Positions 39,078-50,167 of a DNA stretch of 64,000 nucleotides are shown here, one piece after another. The DNA lies in the NCBI RefSeq assembly GCF_000737315.1, contig NZ_JMCB01000008.1:62001-126000 (forward strand), given 5' to 3'. Made by a program: the position numbers and the translations under genes. The first letter of the stretch is position 1, and each line of letters starts with the position of its first letter. The stretch comes from Hyalangium minutum (lineage in GTDB: Bacteria; Myxococcota; Myxococcia; Myxococcales; Myxococcaceae). The notes under the pieces are model-generated. The model searched no databases. It was not told the origin of the DNA and was given only the letters and a program-made list of their open reading frames with translations.

Positions 39078-39902
39078 TCACTCCGCTCGGCCGAGCAGGA
39101 AGGACAGCGCCAGCAACGTGAGCACCACCGACGTCACCCAGACAAACGCGCGGTCCCGCTGCTGCCGGAAGATGAGGAGCGACAGCGCCACCCGCGCCAC
39201 GGGGATCGCCATCATCACGAGCAAGATGTCCCCTCTCGCGAAGTAGACGCCTGCGCTGGCCGCCGCCGTTACCCCGATCATGAAGTTGCTGGTGGCCGTG
39301 GACACCTTCAGGGGCAGCCGCATGGCCAGGTCCATGGCTGGCACCTTCAGCGCGCCCGAGCCGATGCCCAGCAGCCCACTCACCGTCCCCGCCGCGTACA
39401 TGAGCGCCAGCCCGGTGAGCGGCCGGGTGACGCGGTTGTCCACCTCGCGGCCGGTGGCCTCGTCGAAGTAGCTGCTGTGCAGCGCCAGCCGGTCCGCCAG
39501 CGCATCCGGTGGCACCGGAGCATCCGCTCGCGCCCCCAGCTTGCGCAGCATCGCCAAGGCCGAGTACCCCATCACCAAGCCGAAGACGAGGTACAGCCCA
39601 CGCCCACCCACCACGCCCGCGAGGAAGGCTCCCGTGAGCGCCCCCGCTGTGGTCGCCATCTCCAGGAACATGGCCACGCGCAGGTTCGCCAGCCGGTCCC
39701 TCACATAAGCCGCGGCGGCCCCACTGGAGGTGGCGATGACGGACACGATGGAGGCCCCCACCGCATAGCGGATGTCCACCTTGAGCAGCAGCGTGAGGAC
39801 GGGAACCAGGATGAGCCCACCCCCCAGCCCCAGCAGCGAGCCCAGCAGCCCCGCGGTGACGGAGATGGCGAACACCACGGTGACGAAGAGAAAGGGAGTC
39901 AT
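39078..39902 (-). pseudogene. TSUP (TauE/SafE) transporter fused in frame to a DUF1634-like C-terminus (deletion chimera)
   Basis: TSUP motifs LLGLGGG, GLLGIGSG and STATSNFMIG end at ARGDI, then switch to LLVMMAIPVARVALSL...RDRAFV; junction near 39224/39225. Confidence 0.7.
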
Positions 39903-40104
39903 CGCGCCAGGAGAAGGCGCCCTCACCTTCCCTCTTCCGCTCCCCGTCGACAACCCGCGGCGCGAGTCTGAGTCATGGAAGGTATGTGCCCGCCTGCTCG
40001 GAAACGGGGGTGGAGCCACTGTGGGGCAAGAATGCGTCCGGTGGTCATCAGGGCAGAGCGGACGATGCCCGCCTCCCTCGGGGTGCCCAGGTTGTGGCTG
40101 GACC

Positions 40105-42669
40105 ATGCGCCTTCCCCTCCCTCGCTCCCGTCTCCCAGAGCCTCTGGACAGCACTCGCGGTCTGAGCGAGGCCGAAGTGGCCGCGCGCCGACAGCGCTAT
40201 GGGCGCAACAACATCCTCGAGGCGCCTTCCTACACCTGGGCCGAGCTGTGCCGGAACACCGTGAGCGATCCCATGCTCTGGTTCCTGGTGTGCACCAGCG
40301 TGCTCTACCTCGTCCTGGGACAGCCAGTGGAGGGCTGGACGCTGCTGGCCGCGATCGTGCCGCTGGCGGGGATGGACGCCTGGCTCCACCACCGGACGCG
40401 CGCCTCGATGGAGGGCTTGAGCCACCAGTTGGCCGAACACGCCGTCGTCCTGCGAGAAGGCACGCTGCAGCGGGTGGAGGCCACGGATGTGGTGGTGGGG
40501 GATCTGGTGGAGGTGGCCGCGGGAGAGCCCTTCCCCGCCGACGGACTGGTGGTGGCGGGCGAGGGCCTCCAGACGGAGGAGTCGTCGCTGACGGGCGAGT
40601 CTCAGCCCGTGCGCAAGCGGCCCCTCCGCGGCGAGCTCCCACCGGGTAACGATCCCCTGGTGGAGTGGACGCACTGGGGACTGGCGGGGACACGGCTGCT
40701 CACCGGACGCGCGGTTCTCCGGGCCGTCTTCACGGGCGAGGAGACGCTCTATGGGCGGATCACCCGGACGGCCACGCGCCACCAGCGGGCCCGAACGCCC
40801 CTGCAGGCCGCCGTTCAGGGGTTGGTGGCCATCCTCCTGGCCGCCGCGGCGTCCTTCTGCGGTGTCCTCGCCTTCGTGCGCTGGCGCCAGGGCTACGGCT
40901 GGCTGGATGCGATGGTGAGCGCGGCCACGTTGGCGGTGGCGGCACTCCCGGAGGAGTTCCCCGTGGCCCTCACCTTCTTCCTGGGCTCGGGGGTGTACCG
41001 GCTCGCACGCCGCCGAGCCCTCGTGAAGCGGGCCGTGTCGGTGGAGAACATCGGCCGCGTCACCTGCATCTGCATGGACAAGACGGGCACCCTCACCGAG
41101 GGACAGCTCCGCGTCGCCAGCTGCCTGCCCATGGCTCAGGTGTCTCCCGCCCGGCTGCTGCATGCCGCGTCCCGGGCTTCGCGTCCGGAGAACGGCGATC
41201 CGCTGGATGGGGCGATCGCCGCCGCCGCCAGCGCCCAAGGGCCCACGGCGCCTCCCTCCGAGGTGCTGGCCCTCTTCCCCTTCACCGAGGAGCGGCGCCG
41301 GGAGACCGCCGTGGTGCGCGAGGACGATGGCCTCTGGGCCTTCACCAAGGGCTCGCCCGAGGTAGTGCTGGCGGCGTGTACGCTCTCGCCCGAGGAGCGC
41401 GCGGAGTGGAGGCACGAGGTGGAGGCGCAGGCGGCGCAGGGGCGGAAGGTGATCGCGTGCGCGGAGCAGCGGCTCGACGCCCACGGCTGGCTCGGCGGAG
41501 AGCCCTTGCGTGGCCTGCGCTTCCTGGGTCTGGTGGTCTGCGCGGATCCCGTCCGCCCAGGCGTGGCCGAGTCCATCGCCGCCTGCCACCGCGCGGGGAT
41601 TCACCTGGTGATGGTGACGGGAGATCACCCGGAGACGGCCCGCGCGGTGGCACGGGAGATCGGCCTGGGAGGTGAAGCTCCCAGCCTCCTGCTCGGAGAG
41701 GAGCTGGAGGCCCGGCTGAGCCAGACGGGCGGCGTTCTCCCTCGAAACCTGGACATCATCGCGAGGACGCTTCCTGCGCAGAAGCTGGAGCTGGTGCGTG
41801 CGCTGCAGGCCTCCGGAGAGGTGGTGGCGGTCACGGGCGATGGGGTGAACGATGTGCCCGCGCTCCAGGCCGCGGACGTGGGCATCGCGATGGGCGAGCG
41901 TGGCACGCGCAGCGCTCGCGAGGTGGCCTCCATCGTCCTGCTGGACGACAACCTCCACAGCATCGTTGGAGCCATTGCTGAAGGCCGGCAGCTCTTCCAC
42001 AACTTGCGCACGAGCTTCCAGTACCTGCTGCTCATCCACATCCCCCTGGTGGTGACGGCGGCCTTGATTCCGCTGGCGGGCTACCCGCTGCTGTACATGC
42101 CCATCCACGTCATCTGGCTCGAGCTCATCATCCACCCCACGGCCCTGCTGGCGTTCCAGGACGCGGCGAGTCCCGAGGCGCTGCGGCCCTCCGAGCGTCC
42201 TGTCCAGGTGCGCTTCTTCTCGCGCGGCGACTGGGCCGCCGTCTGCGTGTCCAGTGTCGTGCTGGTGGGCGTGATGGTGCTGGGCTACGAGTGGAGCTTG
42301 GGCGGCCATCGCAACGTGGAGCACGCCCGGGCCATGGCGATGGTGGCGCTCACCGTGGCGAGCGCTGGCTTCTGTGCGCTCCTCAGCGGCCTGCGGACCC
42401 GTCTGGCCAAGCTCATCTGCGCGGCCACGCTGGCCAGCGCCCTGGTGCTCGTCCAGGTGCCTGCCCTGGCGCGTCTGCTGCACCTCTCACCCCTGCACGT
42501 TATGGATTGGGGGTGGGCCATCGCGGGAGGAGCCATGGCGTGCCTACCGCTCCTGCCTCGACTCTTCCTCCCGTGGCAGCGCCCGAGGCCCACCCCTCAA
42601 GTGCCGCCAGGCACGCCCAGGCCCAGTCGCCGGTCAGGTTTCAAATGGCCGAGGCAAACGCACGGATGA
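40105..42669 (+). CDS. Cation-transporting P-type ATPase (P2-like)
   Basis: [26 protein letters not shown]. Confidence 0.92.
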   Translation: MRLPLPRSRLPEPLDSTRGLSEAEVAARRQRYGRNNILEAPSYTWAELCRNTVSDPMLWFLVCTSVLYLVLGQPVEGWTLLAAIVPLAGMDAWLHHRTRASMEGLSHQLAEHAVVLREGTLQRVEATDVVVGDLVEVAAGEPFPADGLVVAGEGLQTEESSLTGESQPVRKRPLRGELPPGNDPLVEWTHWGLAGTRLLTGRAVLRAVFTGEETLYGRITRTATRHQRARTPLQAAVQGLVAILLAAAASFCGVLAFVRWRQGYGWLDAMVSAATLAVAALPEEFPVALTFFLGSGVYRLARRRALVKRAVSVENIGRVTCICMDKTGTLTEGQLRVASCLPMAQVSPARLLHAASRASRPENGDPLDGAIAAAASAQGPTAPPSEVLALFPFTEERRRETAVVREDDGLWAFTKGSPEVVLAACTLSPEERAEWRHEVEAQAAQGRKVIACAEQRLDAHGWLGGEPLRGLRFLGLVVCADPVRPGVAESIAACHRAGIHLVMVTGDHPETARAVAREIGLGGEAPSLLLGEELEARLSQTGGVLPRNLDIIARTLPAQKLELVRALQASGEVVAVTGDGVNDVPALQAADVGIAMGERGTRSAREVASIVLLDDNLHSIVGAIAEGRQLFHNLRTSFQYLLLIHIPLVVTAALIPLAGYPLLYMPIHVIWLELIIHPTALLAFQDAASPEALRPSERPVQVRFFSRGDWAAVCVSSVVLVGVMVLGYEWSLGGHRNVEHARAMAMVALTVASAGFCALLSGLRTRLAKLICAATLASALVLVQVPALARLLHLSPLHVMDWGWAIAGGAMACLPLLPRLFLPWQRPRPTPQVPPGTPRPSRRSGFKWPRQTHG

Positions 42670-42829
42670 ACTGCTCCTCGCGCTCGCGAGGCATCCGGGG
42701 GGCCGCAGGGAGGGCGGCCTTGCCCCGTCCACCCCCTGTAGCCTTCAGCCCCAACACCGGAGCACTCGGGCGGCAGGACACTTGGTCCACCCACTCTCCC
42801 CTGGGCTCCCGAAGGCCCTACTCTTCTGT

Positions 42830-43106
42830 ATGTCACTCGAACGCTTTTGTCGGAAGCAGGTGGCCACCGCCCTGGCAACCGAGACGGTCCAGGCGGCAGC
42901 CGAGCGAATGACCCAGCAGCACGTCGGTGCCCTCGTCGTCGTGGAGGACTCGGGACAGCCGGTCGGCATCCTGACAGACCGCGACATCGTCTGCCGCGTC
43001 CTGAACGAGCGGCGAGATCCAGGCACCACCTCCATCCGCGAGGTGATGAGCGCCAACCCCGTGGTGGCCCGTGACACCGAACGGATCGACGAGGTGGTCT
43101 TCACCA
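42830..43106 (+). pseudogene. CBS-domain protein, 3'-truncated
   Basis: HVGALVVV...GILTDRDIV first CBS intact; the second CBS breaks at EVVFT, then reads into antisense pdhA until the stop at 43180. Confidence 0.75.
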
Positions 43107-43395
43107 CCTTCGCGAACATCTCCGCCATGATGGCCCGGGCGGGCACTCCGCGCGCCAGGGCGTGCCCGTGCTCGCGGTAGTGCGAGACGATGGCGTCCTC
43201 CGGCTGGAGCGCGCGCAAGGCGCCCACCGCGCAGGCCTCCTCACCGATATAGAGGTGAAGAAAGCCGCGAATCTTCCCCGCGCTGTAGGCCTGGGCGCTC
43301 GCCTCCTCGAAGCGGCGGATGAGCTGCATCTGCCGCAGCCAGCCGAGCGCCTCGTCCCGGGTGGGTGCCAGCGTGGGAGGGGGCTTCTCGCTCAT
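43104..43395 (-). pseudogene. pdhA: Pyruvate dehydrogenase E1 alpha, 3'-truncated (about 97 codons left)
   Basis: [34 protein letters not shown], then lost; no GDG ThDP-binding motif. Confidence 0.85.
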
Positions 43396-45146
43396 GGCGA
43401 GGCCTCCAGGGTGGAGGTATCCCCCTCGGGCAGACCCTGCTCGCGGGCCTTGAGCAGCCGGCGCATGATCTTCCCCGAGCGCGTGCGCGGCAGTGTGGGC
43501 AGGAACTCCAGCTCTTTGGGGGCGACCACCGCGCCCAGCCGCGTGCGCGCGTGGGCAAGCAGCTCCCGGCGCAGCGCCTCCCCGGGGGTGAAGCCCTCCT
43601 TGAGGGAGACGAAGGCCTTCACCACCTCGCCGATGGTGGGCTCGGGCCGGCCGATGACACCCGCCTCGGCCACGGCGGGGTGCTCGAGCAGCGCGCTCTC
43701 CACCTCGAACGGACCAATGAGGTGGCCCATCGACTTGATCACATCGTCGGCACGCCCCACGAACCAGAAGTAGCCGTCCGCGTCCTTCCGGGCGAGATCG
43801 CCGCTGAGGTACCAGCCGCTGGCGAAGCACTTGCGGTAGCGCTCCTCCTCGTGAAGGTAGCCGCGGAACATGGAGGGCCAGCCCGGACGCAGCGCGAGCT
43901 CCCCCTCGGTGTTGGGCGTGTCCACGGGCTCCACGCTCCCGTCGGGCCCACGCCGGACGATAGCGGCCTCCACCCCTGGCAGCGGCCGGCCCATGGAGCC
44001 CGGCTTGATGTTCATGGAGGCGTAGTTGGCCACCATGATTCCGCCCGTCTCCGTCTGCCACCAGTTGTCGTGGATGGGCAGCCCGAGCGCCTGCTGTCCC
44101 CAGAGGACTGCCTCCGGATTGAGGGGCTCTCCGACGCTGGCGATGAAGCGCAGGGTGCCGAGGTTGAAGCGGCGGGGCAGCGCCTCACCGGCCTTCATCA
44201 ACATCCGCACCGCTGTGGGCGCCGTGTACCAGACCGTGACGCGCTCGTCCTGGAGGATGCGGTACCAGCGCTCGGCGTCGAAGTCCGCCTCGTCCACCAC
44301 GCAGGTGAGGCCGTGCGTCAGCGGAGAGATGATGCCGTACGAGGTACCCGTCACCCAGCCAGGATCGGCGGTACACCAGAAGATGTCGTCCGGGTGGAAG
44401 TCCAGGACGAGCGTCCCAGTGACGTGGTGGGCGAGCACCGCGCGGTGGACATGAATGGCGCCCTTGGGAGTGCCGGTGGTGCCGCTGGTGAAGTGCAGCA
44501 GGGCCATGTCCTCGGGAGCAGTGGGGCCAATCGTGTAGGAGTCACGGGCACGCTCCAGGAGCGCCAGGAGCGCCTGGGTGCCCTCCCCCGCCTCTCCGTC
44601 CACGAGGAGCACGTGCCTCAGCTCCGGGAGCGAGCCGCGCAGCGGCGCCACCTTCTTGCGGTAGAGGGCCTCCGTCGTCACCAGCACGCGGGCGCCGCCG
44701 AGTTGGAGGCGGGCGCGGATGGGCTCGGGGCCAAAGGCAGAGAACAAGGGGCAGAAGACGGCCCGGTGCTTCAGTGTGCCGAGCGCGGTGATGTAGAGCT
44801 CGGGGATGCGCCCCAGCAGCGAGAAGACGCGCTCGCCGGGTGAGAGGCCCAAGCCCGCGAGCACGTGGGCGAAGCGGCTCGTCCAGGCCGAGAGCTCTGC
44901 ATAGGTGAGGAGCCTGCGCTCGCCATGGCGGCCCAGCCAGCGAAGCGCCTGCCGCCCTCCCCGTCCCTCCAGGATGTGCCGGTCCACAGCCTCGTGGGCG
45001 ATGTTGAGACCTCGTCCATCGGGGAGCCCGGCCAGCTCGCGCTCCGCGGCCTCCCAGGAAAAGGACGCACGCGCCGCCTCGTAGCTGGGCATGTTGGGTG
45101 CGCCGCGCCAGTCTGGGTGCAGCTTGCGGATCATCCGCTCGTCCAT
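43392..45146 (-). CDS. acsA: Acetate--CoA ligase (AcsA type)
   Basis: [36 protein letters not shown]; ATG 45146. Confidence 0.92.
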   Translation of the reverse strand: MDERMIRKLHPDWRGAPNMPSYEAARASFSWEAAERELAGLPDGRGLNIAHEAVDRHILEGRGGRQALRWLGRHGERRLLTYAELSAWTSRFAHVLAGLGLSPGERVFSLLGRIPELYITALGTLKHRAVFCPLFSAFGPEPIRARLQLGGARVLVTTEALYRKKVAPLRGSLPELRHVLLVDGEAGEGTQALLALLERARDSYTIGPTAPEDMALLHFTSGTTGTPKGAIHVHRAVLAHHVTGTLVLDFHPDDIFWCTADPGWVTGTSYGIISPLTHGLTCVVDEADFDAERWYRILQDERVTVWYTAPTAVRMLMKAGEALPRRFNLGTLRFIASVGEPLNPEAVLWGQQALGLPIHDNWWQTETGGIMVANYASMNIKPGSMGRPLPGVEAAIVRRGPDGSVEPVDTPNTEGELALRPGWPSMFRGYLHEEERYRKCFASGWYLSGDLARKDADGYFWFVGRADDVIKSMGHLIGPFEVESALLEHPAVAEAGVIGRPEPTIGEVVKAFVSLKEGFTPGEALRRELLAHARTRLGAVVAPKELEFLPTLPRTRSGKIMRRLLKAREQGLPEGDTSTLEASP

Positions 45147-45309
45147 CGCTGGCCCCACCGTCCTCGCCGCTCCGGCGCAGGGAGCCCTGGCCGGGCGAGG
45201 AGAAGAAGTAGCCCACGCGTGTTGGCAGGTCATCCCGGACGCGGAGCCGGGGAGATCGTCCTTCAGCGGACGGCCCAGGGGCTCCGGCGCCCCACCGCCG
45301 GAACGGGGC

Positions 45310-46194
45310 TCACAGAGGCTCCAGCACCCGGCGGAGATGCATGAGCACCTGCTTGATCTTCGGAATCTCCGAGAGCGCCTCGGGCACGCTGATTCGGAGC
45401 GCGCGCTCACGCCCCACCACGGTGGGCAGCACGGGCACCAACAGATCTTCGGGAACGCCGGGATCGGGCAGGTCCGCGCTGGGGACCAGGCCGATCCCCA
45501 ACCCCGCGATGCAGCAGGAGCGGATGAAGTGGATGTCCGCCGTGATGAGCGCCGGCTCGACCCGGATCGACGGCCCGCGCAGCGTGGGCCAGGAGCGTGC
45601 ATCCCCTCCTGGCGCTTCCCAGGAGAAGAGCTCGTGGCCTTGCAGCTCCTCCAACGAGCGCGGCGTCCCATTCCGCTCCAGGTAGTCCCTGCTGGCGATC
45701 AGCCCCTCGCGCACCCGCAGCACCACCTGAGAGAGCCACGGCCCCCGCGGCGTGTCCTCGCCAAAGTGGACCGCTATGTCCACGTCGTCCAGCGGCTCGC
45801 CCAGGGGATCGGCACTGAAGCGGGCGTGGACGTGGAGCAACGGATAGGTGCTCCGGAACGCTCCGAAGAGCGGCGTGAGCAAGTGCGGCGGCAGCCCCAC
45901 GGGCATCACCACCCGGAGCGTGCCCGAGGGCTCATGGCCCACCTCACGGATGGAGGCCAGCAGCGCGCTCGTCTCCTGCATCATGATCCGCCCACGCTGG
46001 GCGAGCACCTCCCCGGCCTCGGTCAAGAGGATGCCCTGCCGCGTGCTCTTGAGGAGCGGCACGCCCGCGCGCGCCTCCAGGGCTTCGACCCGGCGGCGCA
46101 GGGTGGTGCGTGACACGCCCAGCGACTCAGCGGCCGCCAGAAAGGACCCCGTCTCCGCGACGTCGAGAAAGGCCCTCAGCTCTTCCAGATCCAT
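45310..46194 (-). CDS. LysR-family transcriptional regulator
   Basis: [36 protein letters not shown]. Confidence 0.92.
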   Translation of the reverse strand: MDLEELRAFLDVAETGSFLAAAESLGVSRTTLRRRVEALEARAGVPLLKSTRQGILLTEAGEVLAQRGRIMMQETSALLASIREVGHEPSGTLRVVMPVGLPPHLLTPLFGAFRSTYPLLHVHARFSADPLGEPLDDVDIAVHFGEDTPRGPWLSQVVLRVREGLIASRDYLERNGTPRSLEELQGHELFSWEAPGGDARSWPTLRGPSIRVEPALITADIHFIRSCCIAGLGIGLVPSADLPDPGVPEDLLVPVLPTVVGRERALRISVPEALSEIPKIKQVLMHLRRVLEPL

Positions 46195-46334
46195 GCGCTT
46201 GCCTCGCTGCCAGGAATGAAGTGCCACGCCCGCACTGCACAGAGTTTGGACACCGCATGTCCGTCTTCGGCCATCCCTCGTGCGCCGCCGCGAGTACGAA
46301 GAGAGCGTCCAACTTCCCACAGGTGGAATGCCCC

Positions 46335-46973
46335 ATGCGCACCCCCGTCCTCCTCGCCCTCCCCCTCGCTCTGTTCACGCTGCCCGCCCTGGCCAAGGAT
46401 CCGGCCCTCGGCGCGACCACCTACACGGTCTACGAAGCCTACATGAGCCCCGCCCAGGAGCCGGGCGAGGAGTCGGAGACGCCGAAGGCACTGGAGAAGA
46501 GCCTCGGGGCCACCGCCCCCTCGACGCCGCGCGAGAACCGCAAGTCTCGCGGCTATGGGCAGATCCGGTTCGCCAAGGACCTGAGCAAGGCCTATGTGGA
46601 CGTCGAGATCCAAGGGGTCAACGCGGCGGACATCCTCATGTTCCACATCCACTGCGGCCCTCCGGGAGTCCTGGGCCCCATCATCGTGGATTTTGGCGAG
46701 TCCGAGAGCCCCGCGAAGAAGCTGGCCAACGGCAAGATGACCCTGGAGCTCACCAACAAGAATGTCCTCTTCGTCAAGGACATGCCCAAGAGCCTGAAGC
46801 CCTCGCTGCCCGAGAGCTGCCCGGCGGAGCTAGGCTTCCTGGCCCAGACCAAGACGATCGCGGGGCTCGAGTACCTGGCGCGCAAGGGCGTGCTCTACTT
46901 CAACCTCCACACCAAGGCTCACACGTACTACGGGGAGATGCGCGGCCAGCTCTACCCAGCCAAGGAGGAGTAG
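46335..46973 (+). CDS. Secreted CHRD-domain protein
   Basis: Signal peptide (ALA-K), FHIHCG...GPI and LYFNLHT...GEMRGQL. Confidence 0.82.
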   Translation: MRTPVLLALPLALFTLPALAKDPALGATTYTVYEAYMSPAQEPGEESETPKALEKSLGATAPSTPRENRKSRGYGQIRFAKDLSKAYVDVEIQGVNAADILMFHIHCGPPGVLGPIIVDFGESESPAKKLANGKMTLELTNKNVLFVKDMPKSLKPSLPESCPAELGFLAQTKTIAGLEYLARKGVLYFNLHTKAHTYYGEMRGQLYPAKEE

Positions 46974-47130
46974 CCCCAGGCGCGAAGTACGAGCCCTGGA
47001 CTGAAACTGAACGGGCCCCCGATCGACTCGTTGAGACTCGTAAGTTTGCCCTCGGGATGGCTTGAGGGCTCCAGCGCCCCAGCCCAAGGTCTGCCCCCTG
47101 TCGCGGGACTGTGCTCGCGCTGGAGGTGCC

Positions 47131-48282
47131 ATGCCTGAGGTCGCCGCATCCGCTCCGGAGAAGGGACATGCCCGGCTCTCCCTGGAGCAATTCGAGGCGC
47201 TGCTGATGGCGCTGCGGAACGAGGGATGGCAGCTCGTCGGGCCCACCGTGCGAGATGAAGCCCTCGTCCACGAGGGAATCTCCGGCGTGAAGGACCTGCC
47301 CCGCGGGTGGACGGAGGTTCAAGAGGCCGGGAGGTACAGGCTGGCGCGGCGCGAGGATGAGGCGCTCTTCGGCTACTCGGTGGGGCCCAAGTCCTGGAAG
47401 CACCTGCTGTTCGTCCCGCGGCTGCGCCTGATGAGCGCACATCGCCAGGAGGAGGGCTTCCGCGTCGAGAGCGAGCCCTCAGCGCCGCCCCGGCTGGCCC
47501 TCATTGGAGCCCGCTCCTGTGATCTGCACGCCATCGCCGTACAGGACCGGACCTTCCTGGAGGGCCCTTATCGGGATCCGGACTATGCGGCCCGGCGTGA
47601 GCGGCTCTTCGTCGTGGCCGTCAATTGTGGGCAGGCGGGAGGCACCTGCTTCTGCGTGTCCATGCGGACCGGCCCCCGCGTCACCTTCGGGTTCGACATC
47701 GCCCTCACCGAGCTGCTTGAGGGCGAGCACCGCTTCTTGGCGGAGGCGGGCAGCGAGCGGGGAGCGGCGCTGTTGGCGCGGCTGGGAGCTGGAGCGGCCT
47801 CGGAGGAGGACCTCCGGACGGCGGACGCGGTGGTGGAGCGAACCGCCCAGCGCATGGGCCGCACGATGGACACCACGGACATCAAGGGACTGCTCTACCG
47901 CAACCTGGAGCACCCGCGCTGGGACGACGTGGCGCAGCGCTGCCTGGCCTGCACCAACTGCACGCTGGTGTGCCCCACCTGCTTCTGCTCCACGGTGGAG
48001 GACACCTCGGACCTGCGAGGCGAGGTGGCCGAGCGGTGGCGCCGCTGGGACTCGTGCTTCACCCTGGAGCACTCCCATCTGCACGGGGGCAACGTCCGCC
48101 AGAGCATCCGGAGCCGCTACCGGCAGTGGCACACGCACAAGCTGGCGAGCTGGTGGGATCAGTTCGGCACCTCTGGGTGTATCGGCTGCGGGCGCTGCAT
48201 CACCTGGTGTCCCGTGGGCATCGACATCACCGAAGAGGTGGCCGCCATCCGCGCCGCCGATGGAGCCCGGAGCAGCGCCTGA
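47131..48282 (+). CDS. hydB: Group 3b [NiFe]-hydrogenase beta subunit (4Fe-4S dicluster)
   Basis: [46 protein letters not shown]; GGAGG RBS. Confidence 0.9.
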   Translation: MPEVAASAPEKGHARLSLEQFEALLMALRNEGWQLVGPTVRDEALVHEGISGVKDLPRGWTEVQEAGRYRLARREDEALFGYSVGPKSWKHLLFVPRLRLMSAHRQEEGFRVESEPSAPPRLALIGARSCDLHAIAVQDRTFLEGPYRDPDYAARRERLFVVAVNCGQAGGTCFCVSMRTGPRVTFGFDIALTELLEGEHRFLAEAGSERGAALLARLGAGAASEEDLRTADAVVERTAQRMGRTMDTTDIKGLLYRNLEHPRWDDVAQRCLACTNCTLVCPTCFCSTVEDTSDLRGEVAERWRRWDSCFTLEHSHLHGGNVRQSIRSRYRQWHTHKLASWWDQFGTSGCIGCGRCITWCPVGIDITEEVAAIRAADGARSSA

Positions 48283-48291
48283 GAGGAGCCC

Positions 48292-48351
48292 ATGACTTCG
48301 CCCCTTCCTCCTCTCGAGCAGCATCCCTTCCTGCGCGGGCTCTCTCCCGGA
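48292..48351 (+). pseudogene. 5' stub of a cNMP-binding-domain gene
   Basis: After a GAGGAG RBS: [20 protein letters not shown], typical of a cNMP-domain N-terminal helix, then an abrupt junction. Confidence 0.6.
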
Positions 48352-48352
48352 C

Positions 48353-48403
48353 AACGCCAACGCCCCAGCGTTCCGGGAGGAGAGCCAGCGCCATGACGAA
48401 TAA
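48353..48403 (+). pseudogene. hydD: 3' stub of the hydrogenase delta (small) subunit
   Basis: [16 protein letters not shown] overlapping the alpha-subunit ATG, matching my recollection of delta C-termini in such clusters. Confidence 0.55.
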
Positions 48404-49688
48404 GACGCGCACCCTCCAGGTGGACTACCTCACGCGCGTGGAGGGAGAGGCCTCGCTCATCTTGCGCCTGGAGGGCGATAAGGCCACGGACGTGCGCCTG
48501 GCCATCTTCGAGCCTCCGCGCTTCTTCGAGGCGCTGCTGCGTGGGCGCTCGTACCTGGAGGCACCGGACATCACCTCGCGGATCTGCGGCATCTGCCCGG
48601 CGGCGTACCTGTTGAGCGCCTGCCACGCGGTGGAGGCCGCGCTGGGCGTGCACGTGGACGGGCCGCTCCGGGATCTGCGGCGGCTGCTGTACTGCGGCGA
48701 GTGGATCGAGAGCCATGCCCTCCACGTCTTCCTGCTGCACGCGCCCGACTTCCTGGGCTACCCGGACGCCCTCTCCATGGCGAAGGAGCACGGCGAGTGG
48801 GTGCAGCGAGGCCTGCGCATCAAGAAGGCGGGGAACACGCTCATGTCCATCCTGGGGGGCCGGTCCATCCACCCCATCAACGTGCGCGTGGGCGGCTTCT
48901 ACCGTGTGCCTCGGCGGGCTGAATTGGAGGCCCACCTGCCGGAGCTGCGCCGGGGACGTGACGCCACGATGGAGGCGTTGGAATGGATGGCCCGCTTCCC
49001 CTTCCCCGCATTCGAGCGCCCCTACGAGTTCGTCTCCCTGAGCCACCCCCATGAGTATCCACTGCTGGGAGAGCGGCTCGTCTCCTCCGAGGGGCTGGAC
49101 ATCCCTGTGGGCGAGTGGGACGCGCATTTCGTGGAGGAGCAGGTGCCGTACTCGAGCGCGCTGCACGCCCGGCGCGTGGGGAGGGGCGCGTACCTGTGTG
49201 GCCCGCTGGCCCGCTTCAACCTCCACTTCGACCAGTTGGCGCCCGAGGTGCAGGAAGCGGCTCACTGGGTAGGACTGTCCGTGCCGTGCCGGAACCCCTT
49301 CCGCACGCTGCTCGTGCGGCTGGTGGAGGTGCTCCAGTCCTTCACCACAGCCATTCATCTCATCGAGGACTACGAGGAACCCCCCGCGCCTCACGTGGAC
49401 ACTCCGCCCCGGGCGGGCACGGGTGTGGGTGCCACGGAGGCGCCTCGCGGGCTGCTCTACCACCGCTACACCCTGGACTCGGAGGGCACCATCCAGGAGG
49501 CCCGGATCGTCCCACCGACGTCGCAGAACCAGCTGTCCATCGAGGAAGACCTGCGCACGCTCGCGCCGGAGCTGGCCACTCGGCCCCTCGGGGATGCGAC
49601 CCTGCTGGCCGAGCGGGCCATCCGCAACCACGATCCGTGCATCTCGTGTGCGACCCACTTCCTCACTCTGAAACGGGAGCAGATATGA
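48393..49688 (+). CDS. hydA: Group 3b [NiFe]-hydrogenase large (alpha) subunit
   Basis: TRVEGE, L1 SRICGIC, EAPRG, L2 DPCISCATH plus cleavable tail FLTLKREQI. Confidence 0.94.
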   Translation: MTNKTRTLQVDYLTRVEGEASLILRLEGDKATDVRLAIFEPPRFFEALLRGRSYLEAPDITSRICGICPAAYLLSACHAVEAALGVHVDGPLRDLRRLLYCGEWIESHALHVFLLHAPDFLGYPDALSMAKEHGEWVQRGLRIKKAGNTLMSILGGRSIHPINVRVGGFYRVPRRAELEAHLPELRRGRDATMEALEWMARFPFPAFERPYEFVSLSHPHEYPLLGERLVSSEGLDIPVGEWDAHFVEEQVPYSSALHARRVGRGAYLCGPLARFNLHFDQLAPEVQEAAHWVGLSVPCRNPFRTLLVRLVEVLQSFTTAIHLIEDYEEPPAPHVDTPPRAGTGVGATEAPRGLLYHRYTLDSEGTIQEARIVPPTSQNQLSIEEDLRTLAPELATRPLGDATLLAERAIRNHDPCISCATHFLTLKREQI

Positions 49689-50167
49689 GCGAGAAAGCAC
49701 GCGTCATCGGCCTTGGGCAGGCGGCCGCCGGCGATGATCAGGTGGGACTGGCCGTCATCGAACGCCTGCGAATGCAGGGAGCTCCGGAGGGCGTGGAGTT
49801 GTTGGTGGCCGCCGAGCCGAGCGCACTCCTTCCGCTGCTGGAGACACCGGTCCCGGTCGTGCTCGTGGATGCGGTGCTGGCGGCACCGTCGGGCGAGGTG
49901 TGGGTCCTGGAGCCCGCGGAGCTGGAGCTGCGGGGACTCTCCACGATGTCGACCCACGGGCTTGGGGTGGCGCAGGCGGTGGCACTGGCCCAGCAGCTGT
50001 CTCCCGGAGCGGTGTCCCCTTCCATCCACCTCGTCGCCGTCAGCATCTCGCGGCCGGCGCGCTTCCAGCAGGGACTCTCTCCCGAGGTGGCCGCCGCTGT
50101 TCCTCGCGCGGCGGAGCACATCCTGCGAACCCTTCCCCTCTTGGAACAGGAGCAACGCCATGCATGA
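49685..50167 (+). CDS. Hydrogenase maturation protease
   Basis: IGLG...AGDDQVG, VLVDAV, STHG. Confidence 0.9.
   Translation: MSEKARVIGLGQAAAGDDQVGLAVIERLRMQGAPEGVELLVAAEPSALLPLLETPVPVVLVDAVLAAPSGEVWVLEPAELELRGLSTMSTHGLGVAQAVALAQQLSPGAVSPSIHLVAVSISRPARFQQGLSPEVAAAVPRAAEHILRTLPLLEQEQRHA

Noticed and set aside
47970-48392. N-terminal extension of hydA and the fused hypC/hypE ORF (52079-55174) in the ORF track
   Set aside because: Open-frame run-ons; the real starts at 48393 and 54128 are supported by motif boundaries and ATGA coupling.
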